In this document: piece by piece, positions 14,701 through 25,267 of the stretch
Numbering within the stretch: the stretch's first letter is position 1
How the letters are laid out: the number at the start of each line of letters is the position of its first letter
From: Phoronis australis
Taxonomy: Eukaryota; Animalia; Phoronida
Length of the DNA: 64,000 nt
Assembly: GCA_002633005.1 (NCBI GenBank)
Contig: NMRA01001016.1
Coordinates: 1-64,000, forward strand
Reading direction: 5' to 3'
Notes under the pieces: model-generated
The model's database searches: none
What the model was told of the DNA's origin: nothing
The model's input: the letters and a program-made list of their open reading frames with translations, nothing else
Program-made: the position numbers and the translations under genes

Positions 14701-16098
14701 GCGTTTCTTGCTCTTCAGCTCGATTTTAACAATATATTAATAAGGCATAAAAATGGTTCCAGGTGATCAGTGGAATGGGCCCACATGCGCGGCCTGTGCT
14801 AGTGTGGTACAACGTGTATCAGATCGCATGCAGTTATTAAAAAAGTAAGAATAGCATATCATGTTCTAATAGTTAGAATGGTGGCCTGGCAATGAAAAGT
14901 TTCCAGGTAAGAATCTTCATAGTGCACCAAAAATATAATGCCAAACGAAGTGCTTATCGTTGACTACCATGAGTGCACTAGATATCGCACTCGTCTTCTG
15001 AGAAAGGTGTAAACCTGTAGATGGACGTAGGAATGATGGACTCAGTGAAACGTCGCGCCATCGTAAAAAGATTTGTGGCATAGAACTAGAGCTGTATAGT
15101 TTGAGGTTGGTGTGAATAGACCAATAGATTTTTAAATGAAGTCACTGCAGTCAATGCCTATTTTGTTCGTCAGCTATTTGACGTGGTATGACATTGCGCC
15201 TCTTTATGGTAAACTGGCCGTCATGAGCAAACAGAATAGATTATCAGGATAACACTCTGTAAAATCTGCAGGTGCAAATTTTCTTCATTTTCTGAATCAT
15301 TTAGGGATCTTTAAAAGTATTCCAGAGTTATAATCGAGCATTATTGTTGCATTTCTGTGGTAAACAATTTTCTTACATTTTAAAATAGCTAGTGCCACTG
15401 AAATGGTTATCACGTGGCAGTGTGTTGCAGCATAATGTGACTGAAGATTATATTTTAGCCATCATTTAATTTGATAGAAAGATGCGCGGTAAACTTCTGA
15501 TGCCGTCACACTGAAATTATTGTGAAATCAGTGTACCACGGTTTTGAAACCTGTGACCTCACTGTCTGTCCAGCTTCAGCGGAATAACTTCGTAACAGTG
15601 ATATCGAAAAAACGTATTACCTTGAGAATCCACAAGACTATGTTTATTCACTGCACGCAATGTCGAGAAATAACGCCTCCTTAAGTGTCAAAAAGGCATT
15701 CTAAGCTAAAAAACGAGGCGCCCTGACTTCTCGCCACCAAATGGGAGTAAAATGTGTTTGAACAATGACAGCAGCATTCACAGCCCCACAGGTCTGGAAT
15801 TAACTGTGAAATACATAATAGAGTTCAAATCCGTGACATTGACCTTATCACCCTTTTGGGCATTTTCACCTGTTGTTAGCCGTGCTTCACGCATAATCAC
15901 ATTCCAACAAAGATTACAGCTGCACACATATATATTATGCCCGATATGCAGGTTACATCAAAAGCACTCAGCGGAGATTTGATGGCTGTGAACAATACAC
16001 GAATGTGCAGTGTATTTTATGAAAACAAAAATAGAATTAGAAAGAGCTCAACGCTGAGCTTATAATTAAGTATGTCAGTCACGAAATCTGACATTGAT

Positions 16099-18042
16099 CT
16101 ATTCATCCTCACCGGCATTCCAACACATCAAATGTCGCCATCGCAAAGCGACACCTTTGGCCTGCATAGAACAAGTGGTAGAGCCGTTGCCTGCGCGACA
16201 ATTTCGTTGAAATCGAGACTTCAAACTTTGGAAAAATCCCTCACGTTTTACAAAGTCTGTTTTATCCGTAGAATCGCCGATAGAGTTGTGGATGTTCTCT
16301 GACACAGAAGATTCGTCATCTAAAGGTACATCCACGAATCCAGAGGTGTTGTCCTCTTCTGGTCGAGTGTCCTCTACGACGAATGGAATTTTATTACTTT
16401 GCAATCTTGTGTGAAAAACTTTCCGCTCACAATCAAACCCACAGCGTTCAATGTCGATTGCGTTATCTTCTACGGCAAAAGGCAAGAAACACTGAGGCCA
16501 CGTTGCAAATGTAGACGGTCTGCCGCACTCGAGACGACCAGCATCTTCAAAAGCCCATGTTTCGTTGCTAGACTGCCGACTTGTGCCGATAGTCTCGTCA
16601 CTATTAATTACAGACACTTCAGAATCGTTTGGAACATGCAATTTTGCAAACGACTTGGAACCGTGAGGCCAGTGTGCGACACCAATTTTTTTGACGCCCT
16701 CTAGTCGAATATTTTCACGTTTGTCGACTAAACTGCTGCTTAGGAAAATTACTTTGTCCTGTTCTCCAGGATCACCGACATTCTTCGCCTCTGTCTCGAC
16801 ATTTTTTGAGAAAATCGGAAACACTTTTTTCATTGTAATCTCTGTCCCGATAACAGCAAAAGTAGGATTATGGCTTGTCGTAACTGACTGCTGCTGCAAA
16901 TCCACTAATTCGTCGTTGTCAGGATCAATAACCGTCTCTTCCTCTACATTTGAAAGACCTGTCTGCTCGTGGAGATTCTTTTCCTGTGATTCCTCGTTCT
17001 GTATGGAATCGGAGCATAGTTCCTTCAAATTAGACTCCGTTTCAAAAACAGAAAACGTAGACTTATGGCGTGCATCAGAAAACTGTTGTTGCTTATCTGC
17101 CATTCCACCAGCAGGGTATCTAACCAACTCTCTCTGTACGATTGACAGGTCTGTATTCTCGTTCTTCCCCGTCGTTTCCTCTTTTTGTGCGAAAATCGGG
17201 AACAGCTCCGAAGTCGGCACAGTTTCGAAAACAGACAACTGCTTCATTAGCCCTACCATTTTGTCGTCACCAGGATCAATGGGGGGTTCTGTCTGAATAG
17301 TTGGCAGGTATGCCTCCTCCTGGATCTTCTCCTCTGCTAGAGATACTTCCTCCGAGATACACTGCGTTTCGAAAACAACGGAAATAGGGTCACGGCTTGC
17401 CGCATTTAACTGTTGCTGGTCTACTATTTTTCCATCAGGGCCACAAATCGGCTTCTTCTCTTCAGTTGGGAGACTTATCTTCCCATTCCCATTCTCCCCT
17501 GACTCCTCTTTTTGTGCGAAAATAGGGAACACTTTGGGTTCCTCCTCATAAACATTCTTCTCCTCTCCCATGGAGATGGCTCCCTGAGAAGTGTTCCTTT
17601 CACATTTGGCTTCAGCTTTATAGATTGCTGTTGAATTTTCAATTTCACACTGGAATTCGTACTGGACGAATTGCCAGGCGAGGACTGTCGATTTGTGCAC
17701 TCTGCTTACCTGTTTGCAACGTGTTACCTTCACAATATGAAGATAGCACAAATCTGATACACATCCCGCATGAAATTCCATCATTTCCACACCAACGTCT
17801 GTTTTCTGAACTGTTTTGGATGCGTCAGATACGTTTCCTTGACGCTTGTCATCCACTGCCGTGCTTGTAGAAATGTAATTCTTGCCAAAAGTTACAATGC
17901 ACGGAAATCTCTGCGAGACAGAGTCGACTTTCTCTGTCGTTTCAATCACTATTTGCCATAAACAGTGTACAAACCATGCTAAGTATGATATCATAACTGT
18001 CACAAAGTCCCCAATGGCTCTGTTAGCCATTGCTAGGTCCAT
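16099..18042 (-). CDS. Intronless 647-aa acidic protein of unknown function with a degenerate ~55-aa internal repeat
   Basis: Uninterrupted 1944-nt ORF in AT-rich DNA. Repeated motifs FPIFAQKEE / FPIFSKNVE, IDPxxDxxVD, QQQ, TFSVFET; hydrophobic N-terminal segment; AATAAA on the minus strand at 15643-15648. No recognisable domain. Confidence 0.7.
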   Translation of the reverse strand: MDLAMANRAIGDFVTVMISYLAWFVHCLWQIVIETTEKVDSVSQRFPCIVTFGKNYISTSTAVDDKRQGNVSDASKTVQKTDVGVEMMEFHAGCVSDLCYLHIVKVTRCKQVSRVHKSTVLAWQFVQYEFQCEIENSTAIYKAEAKCERNTSQGAISMGEEKNVYEEEPKVFPIFAQKEESGENGNGKISLPTEEKKPICGPDGKIVDQQQLNAASRDPISVVFETQCISEEVSLAEEKIQEEAYLPTIQTEPPIDPGDDKMVGLMKQLSVFETVPTSELFPIFAQKEETTGKNENTDLSIVQRELVRYPAGGMADKQQQFSDARHKSTFSVFETESNLKELCSDSIQNEESQEKNLHEQTGLSNVEEETVIDPDNDELVDLQQQSVTTSHNPTFAVIGTEITMKKVFPIFSKNVETEAKNVGDPGEQDKVIFLSSSLVDKRENIRLEGVKKIGVAHWPHGSKSFAKLHVPNDSEVSVINSDETIGTSRQSSNETWAFEDAGRLECGRPSTFATWPQCFLPFAVEDNAIDIERCGFDCERKVFHTRLQSNKIPFVVEDTRPEEDNTSGFVDVPLDDESSVSENIHNSIGDSTDKTDFVKREGFFQSLKSRFQRNCRAGNGSTTCSMQAKGVALRWRHLMCWNAGEDE

Positions 18043-19888
18043 AACAAGATTTTGATAAGTGAATACGTCACGAACAGTTCCACGTCATCAATCATTCACG
18101 TCAAATGCCAAAACTATTCGAAGCGATTTCCAAGACGCTAATCTCGCTAATGTGATCATAGACTATAGATAACAAATATCTATGGCGTGGCCATCTTTTT
18201 TGTTTAAAGTGCCAGGCGATATCTCGCGAAGTCTTGAGTGTTCTTGCGCTTTCTTTCAGCGAAGTTTTCGCAACTACAGAACACAAGCTCGATACAGCCG
18301 GCGCACATCCAAGGTGCATAATTAGTATGAACGAGCATTTTGTTGGATATTTTTTATTTAGCGTTTCAGAAAAGAAACAATTCGAGTTCCAAATTACCCG
18401 GTAGCACAATTTTTAGCTATTGTGAAGTTCCCGGATGTCGCGTGCAACCTAAGTCGCATAAAGCTTTCTTTATTAATTGATGCCATACTTTAATTTGAAG
18501 TTTTACAAACTATTTATTTCCTTGTATCCAAAGTCTCTGTGTAAAACTCTTTGTAAAATACATTTAACTTACGTTTTTAAATAAACTTGTATTGTATTTT
18601 ATTCCACTATACATGAGCTTTTTTCTGTTGTTATTTATGTTGTCTTCAAGTATTTTATCTATTTAATTTATGGTTACTCGGTGGTCAGCTATTAGCGGCC
18701 CGTACCCTTGCTGGCTAATCAGTCATTAAACCATGTATGTCTTTATCTGATACAAAAAAACAATGTTTGTTTCTCTACAAAAAGAGCTGTATTTGAAATT
18801 AAGCCTTTAAGGTTGAAAGCTGTGTTGATTTTTCACAACTTGAAAGCCACAAACAAGGCGTGCCTTTCGCCGAATTTGTTTATCTTGGTGTTTTAATTAG
18901 TTTTTATGCTGTGTGACACTGTGAATCTAGGATATTGGTACCTGGTCATATTGACAAGTTCGGCACCTTATATAACCTGCGAATATTTACTTTTCTGCTT
19001 TTGTTTATGTAAGGACTAAGAAGGAATTTTAATCAGTGTTACGTTTTTATTACTTCGTGTATATCCTTTCTTCAAAGTGATTTGGAAAGGGATGGTATGA
19101 CTATTATTTATAAACCTCAATTTTGCTCAACAAGTGTGTTATGTTTGTAAAGACGTGTTTCTTTAAATAAAATATCTTAAAACTAACAACCTTGTGTCTT
19201 TCTTTTGTGATTGGCATTCGAATGTCACATCACTTCGATTTTTCACGTAAGCGGTAAATTTTAAATACTTAAGTGTCCTGTCCATTAATACTTTATCTGT
19301 TCATGCTGTATTTAATTTCCACATTAACTTTTACCTCCAGGTTAAAAGTTGACATCTTACTTTATGATTATGGGTGATGAAAATTTCGAAATTTTGCCAA
19401 CATGGTATCTCAAAAACAGCTTATCAGACTGAAATGAAACAACCACTATGCTATCAACCTTGTTTTCCAGACTAAGCGGGCTTGTTTTTAAATAAGATTA
19501 CCGTAAAAATCAGGGTTTAATTAATTATTTTTATGAAAATATCGGTTTTCATATTAAAAGATGCATAAAACAAAAAGGACATCTTGGAAACTGATTTTGA
19601 GATCTGTGATGTGAAATGAAATTTGGCCATGCTGATGCTTTATCCTTCCTGCAACATTATTTCTTTGCTAAATTTTAACGAATTTTTGTTCTTGAAAACT
19701 GAATTGATTGCTTGCCCTGATTCGCCTGCACGTCATAACTGACGTACCCACATTATAAATAAGATTTAACCATGCAGTAGGCCCGCGTAGAATCTCAGTG
19801 ATCCACGGGAACTGAATTTGACCTCCAAGCGTTCATGAAGTGTGTACATTTTTGGGACACACTATCCTTTTCCCCAGCCACCAGAAAC

Positions 19889-20054
19889 TGTAAAATTATT
19901 ATTGATGTATTTTAGTTTTCGTATTTTTGATTTTATTAGCCAAAGGCAGTCGCCATTTTGTGTTGACGTCAATCCCGCAGCAAATAAATACTGTACTTCC
20001 GGCTTCATGTAAACAAAGAGGTTTTATCATCATTCATCTGGTAGCCTTAAAACA
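19889..20054 (+). repeat. 5' LTR
   Basis: TG...CA, 166 bp, 13 substitutions versus the 3' LTR by manual comparison; contains AATAAA. Confidence 0.95.
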
Positions 20055-20072
20055 TGGTGTCAGGAGTGGGAT
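20055..20072 (+). promoter_or_regulatory. Primer-binding site complementary to the 3' end of tRNA-Leu
   Basis: TGGTGTCAGGAGTGGGAT immediately after the 5' LTR is the reverse complement of ATCCCACTCCTGACACCA, the 3' end of metazoan tRNA-Leu(CAG). Confidence 0.9.
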
Positions 20073-20482
20073 GCTTCGAAATACTAAATGAAAATCACTG
20101 AAAACGAAAGATAAAGCATCAGAGAACAGTTAGGACTATAGTTTGAAGGTGGATGGTCGAATGAAAAAGTAGATTTTTGTGGATGAAATCATCGCTTGTT
20201 TGTGACCACATTGTCTACGTACACAGCAGTTATATCGTCAATTGAGCATTTCGTGCATGTCAGTCGGCACAAAAGTGATAACTGGAAAGGTAGGATCGAC
20301 TTCTGTTTCCTTGTCAAAACTTAAAGTCAAGTCATCACATCAGTCAAGTCGAATTTGTGTCATTACTCTCCGTGTCACTGATCGTCGAACCTATAGAGTA
20401 GCTCGTTCGTGAACTGTTAATATCTACTACTACTGTGTACTGTCAATCATTGTGTGTGTGAAGCACTACCATATCGTCCACC

Positions 20483-22920
20483 TTGCCTAAATATCAAGCT
20501 CCGGAAGCATTTGATTTCTCGAAACCATTGTCATGGCCAGACTGGAAAACCAGGTTTATGCGTTACTACGTTATAGAGAAAATCAGAGGTGAAAAAGGTG
20601 ATGTACAAGTCTCTGCACTTGTGTATACGATGGGTCTTCAAGCCGAACACATCTTCAAGTCATTCAAATTTGAAACACCTGTTCCAACAGAGGAAGTGCC
20701 AAATCCACCAGATCCAAAAGACGATTTCAATACGGTTCTGCAGAAATTTGAGGGCTATTTTGTTCCACGCAAAAACACTATCAATGAGAGAACGAAATTC
20801 TATTAACGGAGCCAACAGCAGAGTGAGTCAGTTGAAAGTTTTGTTACAAGTCTACATGAACTAGCAGCTCATTGTAATTTCGGCGAAAAAAAGATGAGCA
20901 TATTCAAGACCGTCTTATCTCAGGGATGACCGACAAAGAGTTGTCGCGTGATCTTCAAATAGAACAGGAAAACCTGACACTTTCAAAGGCCATAGACACT
21001 ACTCGATACAAAGAACTTGTCCAGTCTAACCAGAGTGAAGGTGCATCTGTCAGTTTCGTGAAAAGGGGGGGGGGGGCAAAAGTCAGAAAAAAAGAATCGC
21101 CCAAGAAATCATCACACCAGCGTCAGAGCCAATCCAACTCCAAGCAATCTTGTGGAGACCAGTCGGGGAAGAAGAAATACCCTAATTGTGGTTATGTCCA
21201 TAGATCCCCTGGGCCTGAAGCCTGCCCTGCCAGAAGGAAAATATGTCGGTTCTGTTCGAAACAGGGTCACTTCGCCTCCGTATGCCGTAAGAACAAAGTC
21301 AATGGAGTTTACGAAGAGGAGGACAACCAACAGGCTGATCAGTTCTGTGGAGCAGTAAATGTTGACTACTTCCTAGGCGCCGTAAACTGTGATGATAGCG
21401 ACCCCGCTTGGAAGGTGACTCTCGCCTTGGGCAACTCTTCAGAAACATTCAAGATAGACACCGGCGCTGATGTATCCATCATGTCGTACTCCCAGTATCT
21501 CAAGATCAAGCCAACACCTCCTCTGAAAGATATCACGGCTAAGCTGTCAAGCCCTGGAGGTCCTCTTAGTTGTCGAGAACAGTTCGTCGCAAGAACTGTG
21601 TTCAAGGGACAGAATTATCATTTTCGTGTGATGGTGGTTGATGGAAAAGTTGAAAGTCTTCTTGGCCGGGGAGTAGCCAGTCAGATGAACCTTATCGTTC
21701 GAGTTAACTCAGTTACTGAAGATATAGGACTTCTCAATACTGACCCGGTCAAGATAACCCTGAAGGAGAATGCCCAGCCATATGCCCTAAACATAACTCG
21801 ACGTATTTCGTTTCCACTTGAGAAGAAAGTGAAAGAGGAGATTCACCGTCTTACCAAACTTGGAATCATCAAGGGTGTAACTCGTCCTACGCCGTGGTGT
21901 GCCCCGATGGTACCTGTCTTGAAAAAACACGGGCAAAGTCAGACTCTGTGTCGATCTAAAGAAGTTGAATGTGAACATCCAACGAGAAAGATTCGTCCTG
22001 CCAATCCTAGAGTATGTGACTTCGAAACTCTATTGCTACATGGTCCATGGCAGCGACTCTTCAAAAGCAAGAACTACCTAGTGATGTGTGACTACTACTC
22101 ACGTTGGATAGATATTCTCGCCCTCAGTTCAACAAACGCTACAGCCGTCATCTGCCGCATGAAGGACGTATTTGCTCGATTCGGTGTCTCAACCGAGGTC
22201 GTATCCGACAATGGTCCACAATTTACGTCTGCGGAGTTCAGAGAGTTTGCATCTTAGTACAATTTTCGTCATGTCACCTCCAGTCCTTATCTTCCTAATT
22301 CCAACGGGGAAGCAGAGAGAGCTGTCCAAACAGCTAAATCTATGTTGAGCCAAGATGACCCCTGGCTTGCCTTGATGGTCTACCAAGACACCCCGATTTC
22401 AGCAACAGGAGGTAGTCCATCACAGCTCACAGTAGGAAGACATTTGAGAACTACACTACCTGTTCCGTCCTCAACACTAGAGCCTGCATGGCCAAACCCA
22501 GAGCAGATCCTTACCAAAGATCAGAAGTACAAGGCGACATCTTCGACGTCCTATAACCAACATCATGGTGCTAAGCCACTTCAACCGCTTCAGCAAGGAG
22601 AGCCTGTCTTAGTCAAGACAGATAGTGAGAAAGGATGGACCGAGCCGGATATCGTCCGCGGTGAAGCGAGCACGCCAAGATCATATTTAGTTGAGACTAA
22701 GTCTGGAGTTTGTAGAAGGAACCGCCGTCATCTTAGGGAGATGCCACCGATAACAATTGATCCTGCAGCAACAACCATGTCATCGAAGGACACCTCTCAT
22801 GCGCCACCTACTTGTATTGTTCCTAAACTGTGTGTAGCGTCTATGACTTCAGACTCTCCTGGATCTCGTCGCTTAGACCGATGTGTTAAAAGACCTGATC
22901 GACTGATCGAATCAATTTAG
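20483..22920 (+). pseudogene. Disrupted gag-pol polyprotein of the LTR element
   Basis: Stops at about 20804 and 22255, frameshifts near 20890 and 21930; most of RT, all of RNase H and the integrase N-terminus are missing at about 22030. Confidence 0.9.
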
Positions 22921-23179
22921 TGTGTTTGTGTTTATACAGTGCCTGGATTCTATATAATAATCCATGGCGACAATGTAGTGAAGTGCTAGTAACCTCTCCT
23001 CTTAAAGAATTTGTATTTTTGTGTGCCTTAAGGAAATTACTCAGTGAGTAGTGTGTTCTAAAAGACTTGTGTTCCAAGAGACTTTGTGTTGATACGAACA
23101 TTTTATTTGAACTCTTAAAGACTGAAAGACATTCTAAATAGTTGTCATGTGACTTTGTGTGTCGTCTGAAAGAGGGAGA

Positions 23180-23345
23180 TGTTATATTATTATTGATATA
23201 TTTTAGTTTTCGTATTCTTGATTTTATTAGCCAATGGCAGTAGCCATTTTGTATTGACGTCAATCCCGCAGCAAATAAATACTGTACTTCCGGTTTCATT
23301 TAAACAACGACGTTTTGTCATCATTCATTTGGTAGCCTTAAAACA
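23180..23345 (+). repeat. 3' LTR
   Basis: Follows the polypurine tract; followed by TSD GAAAC. Confidence 0.95.
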
Positions 23346-23397
23346 GAAACTGAACTACCGGTTGTGTTCCTACTAGGTATTTTTGAAACAGCCCCAA

Positions 23398-23838
23398 GGC
23401 AGAAAGCAAACTGGAGCAGACGACGCACCCATCATCAAATGGAGAAGTAGAAACCCTCTTGCGAAGTCACTTTAGAAATGCCTGGAGGGCACGCCTACGT
23501 CTGGGGACTGAAGAAGACTATGTCCACCAGCATGACCGGCAAGAATAAGTCACTATTTTCAGGCTAAAACCGGCTACTGCCAGCTGCTCTCCCACATGCA
23601 TCGCCTGAAAATTTCTCACACAGACGAGTGCCCCTGTGGCACTGGCCCCCAGACACCTGAACATTTACTGCAGAGCTGCCCTACGTTCAATACCTTAAAA
23701 CGCCAGACATGGCCCAGTCCGGTGGAACTCAAGGTAAAACTTTAGGGCCTGACGAACTGCAGACTTCGCCCAGAAGACCAGACTGATTATCTAAGCTACA
23801 TTGCCGAGAACGCTGAAGAAGAAGAAAAGAAGAAGATG
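23398..23838 (+). mobile_element. 5'-truncated non-LTR retrotransposon 3' end (I-group: I/Nimb/Ingi-like)
   Basis: Translates to VTIFRLKTGYCQLLSHMHRLKISHTDECPCGTGPQTPEHLLQSCP (C-terminal CCHC finger); ends in a (GAA)n tail; AGCCCCAA on both sides as a likely TSD core. Confidence 0.8.
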
Positions 23839-25194
23839 AAAAATAAGCCCCAAAGACAGTATATCAGGGACTTCGGGCCTCCGCTCACCTTTTCAAAAAA
23901 ACTCCTTCAAAGAATGACCATAATAAAATAAAGTTTTCCCGAAACTGGATCACAATAAAACGAATCTTGACCTTAGAGCGAGCGCAGACGGCCGGTACGA
24001 GTTGTCCTGAATCATAGCTCAGCTGACCAGCAACTAGCTTTAGTTCATCGAGAATTTCGTATTTTCACACTGTTAGATCTCGACTATAGCTACTTGAGGC
24101 AGCTCCTCGCTACCGGTCAGTGTACTGGTCCTACGCCCATTTTTATACTCTCCGTGTTGGTTCACGGTTACTCAACTCTTAATGGTTGCATCCCCGGGAT
24201 TGTCCCAGGGACGGATCCAAGATTTTGAGTTGGGGGGCAGATTATTAGCCAGGGTTTTACCAGTCAGAAATTTGCACCCCCGAACTGCCAAATGGAATTT
24301 TTCTAGTCTTATTAATTGAATACGGCAGCTTAATATAATATTCTCTTCCGTATAGAAACTCTCACGCTGTTGCTAGGCATACATACTATCCCTGAATGCA
24401 ATAGAGAGGAACTGAGGTGGGACATGCGCATTGAGATTTGCACATTCGCTATTAAAAAGTCTTGTCCCTTGGAGACACACCTTTTGTGGAATAGCGTGAT
24501 GTGATGGTGGGAATTGCGATGCTTTGCTTTCACGAAGGTTTGCATTCAGTTGGTAGCTTATATTTTGCAGCTATCTTAAAACAATTGTAACATTAGCATC
24601 CAAATAAATTTAAAAGGACATGAGTCTACCACTCTTGAACTTATTATCTTTGATATATTTCAGACGGAACAAAACTATTTCGTTCCAAACACTCAGTCAA
24701 AACAAGACTGAGACAGCAAGCAGTTACAACAGCTACTGCATGAATACTGAATATACGGCCCACTTGTTACCCACTTCTCTTATATTTGGGGTGGCTTTTC
24801 CGCTAAGCCCATTCCAGACGAAGGTTCCTTGATGAATTCTTAAAATTTGCGTTGGGCCTCCAGGGCCGACGACCACTGTTAAGTGTCTAAACCTTCAATG
24901 TCTAACGTTTTCAGAATCTTTTGTTTTAAAAGATACTAATTAATCGTGATACGCACCATCACCATGAACTCAGTACGTCGACGGCGCAGTGTACATAAAG
25001 CTGGTATTAATGGTCTCGATAATCATACACATGTTCCCTCGGCCTGCAGCGAAGTGTACACGTTTGGGTGAACGATCTAAAACACGTTGAATTGTTTTAG
25101 TTACAGTGACCGGCAAGCAATGCCAGAGTGTGGGACTCTAAACGAAATGTCTTCAAAATAAGCAATCGCAACTCGGTGCAGCGAATTACTCATT

Positions 25195-25267
25195 ATGGCA
25201 CGAAGGCTTTCCAAGGTGCCATCTAGTCCCTCGCCGTGGGGAGAAGACTTCTTTCTTATTCTTAAAG
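25195..25267 (+). CDS. TRPC: TRPC putative coding exon 1 (MARRLSKVPSSPSPWGEDFFLILK)
   Basis: ATG at 25195, open frame to a strong AG|GTGAGT donor; phase 1 matches exon 2. No conserved motif, so inferred from splice signals and phase only. Confidence 0.55.

Larger units (their letters stand above)
19889..23345 (+). mobile_element. Ty3/Gypsy LTR retrotransposon (Mag-like), internally deleted and non-autonomous
   Basis: 166-bp TG...CA LTRs at 19889-20054 and 23180-23345; 5-bp TSD GAAAC on both sides; PBS; PPT GAAAGAGGGAGA at 23168-23179. Gag, CCHC knuckle CRFCSKQGHFASVC, protease IDTGAD, RT N-terminus, integrase core (DYYSRW, VSDNGPQF, NGEAERAV). Confidence 0.96.

Noticed and set aside
16399-17296. 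Plus-strand ORFs of 101 and 201 aa
   Set aside because: Antisense shadows of the 647-aa minus-strand ORF.
20926-22257. 443-aa ORF appearing to fuse Gag-protease-RT directly to integrase as a novel protein
   Set aside because: A frameshift near 21930 puts the RT motif VRLCVDLKKLN out of frame and a deletion restores the integrase frame by chance; flanking stops show decay.
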